Below are positions 25,739 to 32,000 of a stretch of DNA of 32,000 nucleotides, one piece after another (the stretch's first letter is position 1; the number at the start of each line of letters is the position of its first letter). The notes beneath the pieces were generated by a model. The model worked only from the letters and a program-made list of their open reading frames with translations. It did not search any database and was not told the DNA's origin. The position numbers and the translations under genes were made by a program. The stretch comes from Alkalilimnicola ehrlichii MLHE-1 (GTDB taxonomy: Bacteria; Pseudomonadota; Gammaproteobacteria; Nitrococcales; Halorhodospiraceae): positions 1,830,001-1,862,000 of the forward strand of contig NC_008340.1 in the NCBI RefSeq assembly GCF_000014785.1, given 5' to 3'.

Positions 25739-26709
25739 GTCAGCCCGGCCGCCTTTGCCCGCTGCATTACCAGACCGGGCCCGACGCCCTACGGACAGCA
25801 CCGCTGTACCGCTGCCCCACGGTCTACCTGGTGGGCGGGCTTTACGGCAACGATGCGGCGCTGGCCGCGATTCAGGCGTTGGCCCACCGGGAGCGGGCCG
25901 CCGGCCACCCGGAGCCGCTGTTGGTGTTCAACGGCGACTTCCACTGGCTGGATGCCGACCCGGCGGTATTCCGGCACATTCAGGAGGCGGTGCTCAATCA
26001 GGCCGCCATTCTCGGCAATGTCGAGGCCGAACTGGCCCAACCCACACCGGGCATCGGCTGCGGATGCGCCTATCCGGAAACGGTGGACGATGCGACGGTC
26101 ATGCACTCCAACCGGATCATGGCACGGCTGCAGCGGATGGTGGCGGAGACGCCGGCACTGCACGATGTCACCCGCCAACTGTCGGGCCTGCCCCGTCAGA
26201 TCAGGTTGGCGGTCGGCGATCTCCGCGTCGGCGTGATCCACGGCGATCCGGAGTCGCTCGCCGGCTGGCGCCTGGCCCTGGAGCAAATGCCGGCCCCGGG
26301 GCGCACCACGTCCCGCATCCGGCGCTGGTTCGAGGTCAGTGAGGTGGACCTCTTCGCCTGCAGCCACACCTGCCTGCCCTTCGCCCAGCGCTTCACCTGG
26401 GAGCGGCGGCAGGCCCTGATCTTCAACAACGGCGCGGCGGGACTCCCGAACTTCCGCGGTGACCGCCGGGGCGTGATCACCCGTATTGCCGAGACCCCGG
26501 CCCCGGTTCCGGCGCTGTATGGCGGTGTGCTGCGGGGGGTTCACTGCGATGCGGTGCCGGTCGCCTACGACACGGCCGCCTGGGCCCGCCGGTTCCGCGC
26601 GATCTGGCCCGAGGGGTCCGCGGCCTGCCACAACTATGCCCGCCGGCTCGCCCACGGCACCGGGCTGACACCGCAGGCGGCAAACCGGCTGGGCGACCGC
26701 CGGCCCTAG
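25735..26709 (+). CDS. Divergent metallophosphoesterase-fold (calcineurin-like) protein with substituted metal-ligand motifs
   Basis: 324 aa. The order and spacing of blocks fit the MPP fold: VYLVGGLYGN (motif I position), LLVFNGDFHW (GD motif), ILGNVEAEL (GNHE position), VGVIHGDPES, LFACSHTCLPF (GHTH position) and IFNNGAAG. GGAGG lies 7 nt upstream. The ATG overlaps the transporter stop (ATGA). The fold call is from motif pattern only. Confidence 0.55.
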   Translation: MSQPGRLCPLHYQTGPDALRTAPLYRCPTVYLVGGLYGNDAALAAIQALAHRERAAGHPEPLLVFNGDFHWLDADPAVFRHIQEAVLNQAAILGNVEAELAQPTPGIGCGCAYPETVDDATVMHSNRIMARLQRMVAETPALHDVTRQLSGLPRQIRLAVGDLRVGVIHGDPESLAGWRLALEQMPAPGRTTSRIRRWFEVSEVDLFACSHTCLPFAQRFTWERRQALIFNNGAAGLPNFRGDRRGVITRIAETPAPVPALYGGVLRGVHCDAVPVAYDTAAWARRFRAIWPEGSAACHNYARRLAHGTGLTPQAANRLGDRRP

Positions 26710-26730
26710 GGGCCGCGCGGTGGAATTGGA

Positions 26731-27300
26731 TCAGGGCCGCCAAATGCGGCTTTGGAAGGCGGCATCCACCTCGGGCCCAAAGAGGTGGTTGGAGTAATTG
26801 CTGAGGGTCTTGACCGCCAGTGCCAGGATCACGCCAAGGATGTGCTTCTCTTCGTAGCCAGCCTCGAGAAAGGCGTTTACATCGGCCGTGTCCGGCCGGC
26901 CGCGGGTGTCACGCATCACCTCGGTGAACCGACGCAGGGCCTCCAGCCGCTCATCCGGCAACGGCTCGCCGTCGCGCAGCGCATCCGTGACCTCGGTGGG
27001 CACGCCGGACATGCTGTCGGCAATGACACTGTGGGCGGCCATGCAGTAATCGCAGCCGTTGCCGCGGCTGATGGTCAGGAAGATGACCTCCTGCTCCTGG
27101 GGTGAGAAACCGGCTTCGGCGCGAAACCGCTCGTAGCCGGTCATGTAGGTCTCCAGCAGGGCGGGGAGATTCGCCATGCCGGCGTACATATTGGGCACGA
27201 AGCCCAGGTTCTCCCGGGCCTTTTTCAGGGGGGCGGCGACCGCCGGATCGCTATCCTCCGTCGTCCGGAGGGGCAGGTTCATTTGATAGGGCGCACGCAT
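26731..27300 (-). CDS. Carboxymuconolactone decarboxylase / AhpD-like peroxidase-related protein
   Basis: 189 aa. The CxxC-type core is ISRGNGCDYCMAAHS, with FVPNMYAGMANLPALLE and the family-typical C-terminal NYSNH. GAGGAG lies upstream of the ATG. Confidence 0.85.
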   Translation of the reverse strand: MRAPYQMNLPLRTTEDSDPAVAAPLKKARENLGFVPNMYAGMANLPALLETYMTGYERFRAEAGFSPQEQEVIFLTISRGNGCDYCMAAHSVIADSMSGVPTEVTDALRDGEPLPDERLEALRRFTEVMRDTRGRPDTADVNAFLEAGYEEKHILGVILALAVKTLSNYSNHLFGPEVDAAFQSRIWRP

Positions 27301-27483
27301 AGAAAGGACTCCTCGGTGATGGCCAGGGGTAAAGATCCAGCCCTGTCAACTCTAGGCGCGGGGAGGCCCCGGAGCCATACGCAGGACTACGTAGCCGCGG
27401 TGGCCACCGCCGGTGGTGTCCCCCGGCGGCCGCTGACGCCCCTGCGCGGCAACGGCCCCGGGTTTCGATACCCTCATGACGGG

Positions 27484-27873
27484 TCACCCTTCGAGGATCC
27501 GCGGTCCATGCTCCAGCACACTGTGCCGGCCGTGGCGCGGGCCGGAGCGGGCCTGCTCGCCCTGACGGTCCAGGCTGGCCGCCTTGCGGGCCTCGGTACG
27601 CTCCCGCACGTCGTTCAGGTGGCGCTGATAGTTCTCACCGACCAGCACCTGGCCCTCGGAACGCACCTCAGCGCCATTGGCGCGGATATACCGCAGGTAG
27701 GTCTGGTAGTTCTCGCCCACCCGGGCGCCGTCGCTGGCAAACTGGGCCGACGGCGCATTGGCCACCACCTGGAAGGTGTGCGTGGTCCAGTTCTCGGCGG
27801 AGGCCACACCACTGAGGGCCAGGCCGGCGCCGAGGGTCAGGGCGGTCGTGGTTTTCAGGATCAAGGTTTTCAT
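27484..27873 (-). CDS. Small secreted protein with internal duplication, hypothetical
   Basis: I chose the ATG at 27873, which has GGAG 7 nt upstream. The signal peptide is MKTLILKTTTALTLGAGLALSGVASA/EN. There are two copies of VGENYQ(T/R)(Y/H)L.....R. I recognise no homologue. Confidence 0.55.
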   Translation of the reverse strand: MKTLILKTTTALTLGAGLALSGVASAENWTTHTFQVVANAPSAQFASDGARVGENYQTYLRYIRANGAEVRSEGQVLVGENYQRHLNDVRERTEARKAASLDRQGEQARSGPRHGRHSVLEHGPRILEG

Positions 27874-28084
27874 GGTCTTCTCCTTCCGCTGTGTCAAAGG
27901 TGGATCACCGATCCGGGATCCCTGCCTTGTATCCGGACCAGGCGACTGGCCCGTCGCGTCCGGGCCCCTGTTGGGCTTTCCCCGAACGCACCTTCAGCTT
28001 AGGGAGAAGACCCCTTGTGCGTAATTCGTCGGAATACCTAGCGGTTAACACATAGAAAGGCAACGACCGCGCACCGGCGGCCGC

Positions 28085-31000
28085 TCAGGCCACCTCCTTC
28101 CAGGCCGCCTTCAAGCGCTTCTCTGACACCTTTTCCCGGGCCCCCACCTCTTGCGCAAAGAGCGAGACGCGGTACTCCTCCAGCAGCCAGCGGAAGCGCT
28201 CTAGGGCAGGGTCGGGTTTGCCTTGGGCCTCCCGGCGACTCTGGCGCTCACGCCAGCGCTCCCACCAGGGCCGGATACTGCGCAGAGGCGTACGATCCCG
28301 GCCCGGGTCCTGCCGCAGCTTTTCCACCCGCCGCTCCAGGGCCCGCAGGTAGCGGGGCAACTCGGCCAGGTACTCCGGCGGTGTCTGCTGGAGAAAGCCC
28401 GGGTAGACCAGGCATTCCAAGTGCTCCTGCAGGTCCTTGAGGCTGTCCATCAGTGCCAGGGCGTTGAACTGCTTCAGGGCTTTGCGGATGGCCTGGTAGC
28501 GTCCCAGCACCTCCTCCAGCCCCTCCGCCAGCCGTTGGGCGTTCTCCACCAGTCGCGGCCGGCCCCGTTCCAGGCGCTGCCGGAAGGCCGCCTCCGTGCG
28601 CGGCGGGGCGTCGCCGAGGAAGGTCCGGTCGACGGCGGCATGGACCAGCTCCCGCTTCAGATCCTCGTCGGACCCGAGACCGCGGTAGGCCAGACGCAGC
28701 CGGTCCAGGCCCGGCAGCCCCCGGCGGAGATAGCGCACCTGCTGGGGCAGCGCCAGCATATACAGGCGGCGTACGCCGGCCCGGTGCTGGCGCTCCGCCT
28801 CATCGGGACTGTCAGCCAGGGTGAGGCGGACCGAGCTCTCCTCGTCCACCAGACACGGGTATCCGCGGATGGTCAGCCCGTTACGCCCGATCTCAACGGC
28901 CTCCGGCAGATCGCCGAAGTCCCATGTCGTGATGCCCTCGCGGGTCCATTCCGAGGCCCCGCCGCCGGAGGCGGAGAAGCTCTCACTGGCCTGATCCCCC
29001 AGCCCCTGCTGGAGGGCCGCCAAGTCACTGCCCGTACGCAGGGTGTTGCCCTGTTCATCGAGCACGCGGTAGTGCATGCGCAGGTGCTCGGGCAGGGCCA
29101 CCGCATCCAGCGCACCCGGGGGAATGTCCACGCCGGTCATCCGCTTGAGCTGGCGCGCCACCGCATCGGTCAGGGACCCCTCGCCATGGGGAATGGCCTC
29201 GAGCACGGCGCGGGCAAAATCGGGCGCCGGGACGAAGTTGCGCCGGATGGCCTTAGGCAGCCCCCGGATCAGGGCCACCACTTTTTCGTGCACCAGGCCG
29301 GGGACCAGCCACTCGAACGGCTCCGGGCGCAACTGGTTGAGGGCCGCCACCGGCACCCGCGCCACCACCCCGTCCAGCTCGCTGCCCGGCTCCAGGTGGT
29401 ACTCCAGCGGCAGCTCCAAGCCGCCGGGCAGGCGCAGTCGGTCCGGGTAGGCCTCACCGGAGACCGGATCGGCGTCGTCACGCATCAGCGCCTCACGGCT
29501 CATGTGCAGGCGCTTTGGATCATCCCGGCTGACCTCCCCGAGCCAGCGCTCGAAGGCGGCCCCGCTGTAGATGCCCTCGGGGATACGCTGGTCGTAGAAC
29601 CGGAAGCGGGTCTCCTCGTCCACCAGCACATCCCGGCGCCGGGCCTTGGCCTCCAGGCGCTCGATCTCCTCGATCAGCCGCCGGTTGTGCTCCCAGAACG
29701 GGGCCCGGGTGCGGTACTCGCCCTGAACCAGCGCCTCCCGGATGAAGATGGCCCGGGCCACCGGCGGGTCTATGGGGCCGTAGTTGACCCGGCGCTGACT
29801 GGCGAGCACCAGACCGTAGAGGGTGACCTTCTCGTACGCGGCCACCTGGGCGGGTTTCTTCTCCCAGTGGGGCTCGGCATAGCTGCGACTGACCAGGTGG
29901 GCCGCGGTCTGCTCGATCCACTCCGGCTTCACCTCCGCCGCCGTCCGGGCGAACAGCCGACTGGTCTCGACGAACTCCGCGGCCACGATCCACTTGGGGT
30001 TACGCTTGAACTGGCCGGAACCTGGGAAGATCATCAGCTTCACCCCGCGCGGACCGAGATACTCCTTGTTTTCATGGTGTTGTGCGATATTGCTGACCAA
30101 TCCCGCGAGCAGCGCGCGGTGGAGGGCCTCATAGTGGGTATCCAGCCACTCGGCGCACTGCTCCGTGGTCACGGTGTGCGGGCGGGCCAGCGGCGAGGCG
30201 GCCGCCCCTTCGCTCCCGGTGGAGCGCAGGGGCCGGCCCGGCCCGCCCCCTGCGCCCTTGCGGTCCGCGCCGCCGGACAGGCCACTCACCAGCTCTCGGA
30301 TCTGGCGGTGGATATCCAGCCACTCGCGCATCCGGTGCGGGCTCAGGAAGCGCTCGCGACACCATTGGCGAAGCTGGCGGTTACTGAGCCGGCGCTTCTG
30401 GCGGTGGTAGTCCTGCCAGAGCAGCACCAGCGAGAGGAAGTCACTCTTCCCGTGCCGCCACTGGGCGTGCGCCTGATCGGCGGCCTGCTGGGCGTCCAGG
30501 GGCCGCTCACGCGGGTCCTGGACCGAGAGTGCGGCGGCGATCACCAGCACCTCGTCCAGCACCCCCTGCTCGCGGGCAGCCAGCAACATCCGCCCTACCG
30601 GCGGGTCCAGCGGCAGTCTTGCCAGTTGGCGTCCAAGGGCGGTGAGTTCGCGATCCTCCGTCACCGCGCCGAGTTCGTGCAGCAGTTTGAACCCATCGTT
30701 GACGAACTTGTGCTCCGGCGGCTCGACGAAGGGAAACCGCTGGATATCCCCCAGGCCCAGGGCCTTCATCTGCAGGATGACGGCGGCCAGGTTGGTGCGC
30801 TGGATCTCGGGGTCGGTGAACGCCGAACGGCCCGCAAAGTCCTCCTCGCTGTACAGGCGGATGGCCACCCCCGGGGCCTCCCGGCCGCAGCGCCCGGCCC
30901 GCTGATTGGCGGAGGCCTGGCTGATCGGTTCGATGGGCAGACGCGAGACCTTGGTCCGGTAACTGTAGCGGTTAATGCGGGCGTAGCCGGAGTCCACTAC

Positions 31001-32000
31001 GTACCGGATGCCGGGCACGGTGACCGAAGTCTCGGCCACGTTGGTGGCCAGCACCACCCGACGGCCACCCCCCTTAGGGTTGAACACGCGCTGCTGCTCA
31101 GCGGCGGAGAGGCGGGCATACAAGGGCAGGACCTCGGTGTGCGGAGGGTGTTTCTTGCGCAGCGCTTCGGTGCACTCGCGGATCTCCCGCTCACCGGAGA
31201 GGAACACCAGCACGTCCCCCTGCCCCGGCTCCCGGGCCAGCTCATGCACCGCCTCCACCACGGCCCCAGGCAGGTCCTCGTCGCGCTCGTCCTCGTCGTC
31301 CACCATGGGCCGGTAGCGCACCTCCACCGGGTAGGTGCGGCCGCTGACCTCCAGGATCGGCGCCTCATCGAAATGCTTGGAGAAGCGCTCCGGGTCGATG
31401 GTGGCGGAGGTGATGATGACCTTCAGATCCGGCCGGCGGGGCAGCAGGCGCTTGAGGTAGCCGAGGATGAAGTCGATGTTGAGGCTGCGCTCGTGGGCCT
31501 CGTCGATAATCAGGGTGTCGTAGGCGTCCAAATGGCGGTCGCGCTGGATCTCTGCCAGGAGCATGCCGTCGGTGAGCAGTTTGAGGTGGGTACGCTCGCT
31601 CACCTGATCGGTGAAGCGCACCTTGTAGCCCACCGCCTCACCCAGCGCCGTCCCCAGCTCGTCGCTGATCCGCTGAGCGAGCGTGCGCGCCGCCAGGCGC
31701 CGCGGCTGGGTGTGGCCGATCCAACCGTGTACCCCGCGGCCCAGCGCCATGCAGATCTTAGGGATCTGGGTGGATTTCCCTGAGCCGGTGGCCCCGCAGA
31801 TCACCACCACCTGGTGGTCGCGGATCGCCTCACGCAGGTCGTCCAGCCGCTGGTTGACGGGCAGCGACGGGTCAAAGCGGGGGCTGGGCAGGTTCGCCGC
31901 GCGGGTCTCGGCCCGTTGGCAGGCCACGGCGATGTCCCGCTCCAGCTTCACCAACCCCTTGTCGAAGGGCTTGCCGTCGTGGGCACGACGCTCCAGGCCG
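28085..32000 (-). CDS. hrpA: ATP-dependent RNA helicase HrpA (DEAH-box), 5' end beyond window edge
   Basis: Motifs are VVVICGATGSGKSTQIPKI, IIDEAHERSLNIDF, SATID, TNVAETSVTVPGI and QRAGRCGR, with the long HrpA-specific C-terminal region. The reverse frame stays open from 31954 to 32000 (...GLERRAHDGKPFDKGLVKLERDI...). Homologues have ~40 more N-terminal residues, so the true start is outside the window. Confidence 0.95.
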   Translation of the reverse strand, partial: GLERRAHDGKPFDKGLVKLERDIAVACQRAETRAANLPSPRFDPSLPVNQRLDDLREAIRDHQVVVICGATGSGKSTQIPKICMALGRGVHGWIGHTQPRRLAARTLAQRISDELGTALGEAVGYKVRFTDQVSERTHLKLLTDGMLLAEIQRDRHLDAYDTLIIDEAHERSLNIDFILGYLKRLLPRRPDLKVIITSATIDPERFSKHFDEAPILEVSGRTYPVEVRYRPMVDDEDERDEDLPGAVVEAVHELAREPGQGDVLVFLSGEREIRECTEALRKKHPPHTEVLPLYARLSAAEQQRVFNPKGGGRRVVLATNVAETSVTVPGIRYVVDSGYARINRYSYRTKVSRLPIEPISQASANQRAGRCGREAPGVAIRLYSEEDFAGRSAFTDPEIQRTNLAAVILQMKALGLGDIQRFPFVEPPEHKFVNDGFKLLHELGAVTEDRELTALGRQLARLPLDPPVGRMLLAAREQGVLDEVLVIAAALSVQDPRERPLDAQQAADQAHAQWRHGKSDFLSLVLLWQDYHRQKRRLSNRQLRQWCRERFLSPHRMREWLDIHRQIRELVSGLSGGADRKGAGGGPGRPLRSTGSEGAAASPLARPHTVTTEQCAEWLDTHYEALHRALLAGLVSNIAQHHENKEYLGPRGVKLMIFPGSGQFKRNPKWIVAAEFVETSRLFARTAAEVKPEWIEQTAAHLVSRSYAEPHWEKKPAQVAAYEKVTLYGLVLASQRRVNYGPIDPPVARAIFIREALVQGEYRTRAPFWEHNRRLIEEIERLEAKARRRDVLVDEETRFRFYDQRIPEGIYSGAAFERWLGEVSRDDPKRLHMSREALMRDDADPVSGEAYPDRLRLPGGLELPLEYHLEPGSELDGVVARVPVAALNQLRPEPFEWLVPGLVHEKVVALIRGLPKAIRRNFVPAPDFARAVLEAIPHGEGSLTDAVARQLKRMTGVDIPPGALDAVALPEHLRMHYRVLDEQGNTLRTGSDLAALQQGLGDQASESFSASGGGASEWTREGITTWDFGDLPEAVEIGRNGLTIRGYPCLVDEESSVRLTLADSPDEAERQHRAGVRRLYMLALPQQVRYLRRGLPGLDRLRLAYRGLGSDEDLKRELVHAAVDRTFLGDAPPRTEAAFRQRLERGRPRLVENAQRLAEGLEEVLGRYQAIRKALKQFNALALMDSLKDLQEHLECLVYPGFLQQTPPEYLAELPRYLRALERRVEKLRQDPGRDRTPLRSIRPWWERWRERQSRREAQGKPDPALERFRWLLEEYRVSLFAQEVGAREKVSEKRLKAAWKEVA

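Noticed and set aside
27932-27963. Interrupted 11-bp hairpin (CCGGAC-CAG-GCGAC-TGGCCC-GTCGC-GTCCGG) about 120 nt downstream of hrpA, considered as its terminator
   Set aside because: There is no U-tract on the minus strand and it is distant from the stop codon. It could equally be a chance GC-rich structure or a protein-binding site, so it is not callable without transcript 3'-end data.
28223-31783. 1186-aa open reading frame antisense to hrpA
   Set aside because: It lies entirely inside and opposite a gene with unmistakable HrpA motifs. The product is an Arg/Gly/Pro/Leu/Gln/His-rich low-complexity string with no recognisable motif. Long stop-free antisense frames are expected when the sense strand has extreme GC3 bias.

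Overview
High-GC bacterial chromosomal segment: by eye about two-thirds G+C, with nearly every codon ending in G/C. The proteins look proteobacterial, probably a gammaproteobacterium of the Chromatiales/Ectothiorhodospiraceae type; this is inference and cannot be verified here. I support 29 coding features (two of them decayed remnants), including one 41-codon ORF and one edge-truncated gene that are absent from the ORF track, plus one candidate promoter and one candidate terminator. I see no rRNA, tRNA, CRISPR array, IS element, integrase or phage genes. Layout: (i) 1-3.6 kb, minus strand: micropeptide, then a tri-domain acyl-AMP ligase/carrier/acyltransferase, then a GTPase. (ii) 3.6-5.0 kb: a MarC-family gene and a decayed glycosyltransferase/PAP2 pair. 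(iii) 5.0-7.4 kb, minus strand: a tightly coupled operon of class-I glutamine amidotransferase, DUF3524 glycosyltransferase (homologue of eukaryotic tRNA-queuosine mannosyltransferase) and MobB. (iv) 7.5-15.9 kb: housekeeping and ribosome-rescue genes (Smr, arfB, methyltransferase, yaiI, rhlE, Gcr-like membrane protein, Cys/Met PLP enzyme, PEBP). (v) 16.0-26.7 kb: the most unusual part, a co-directional plus-strand block. It starts with an orphan kaiB, followed by PAS-GGDEF, PAS-PAS-GAF-GGDEF, a MASE1 histidine kinase, a FixJ-type response regulator, and HAMP-PAS-(degenerate GGDEF)-EAL. The EAL gene is translationally coupled to a sodium:solute-symporter-like transporter and a divergent metallophosphoesterase-fold protein. 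(vi) 26.7-32 kb, minus strand: an AhpD-like protein, a small secreted repeat protein and hrpA, whose 5' end lies outside the window. Many very long alternative-frame or antisense ORFs in the track are GC-composition artefacts. Several ORF-track starts are too far upstream; I re-set them using homologue N-termini and Shine-Dalgarno (SD) sequences. All homology statements are motif recognition from memory, with no database search.
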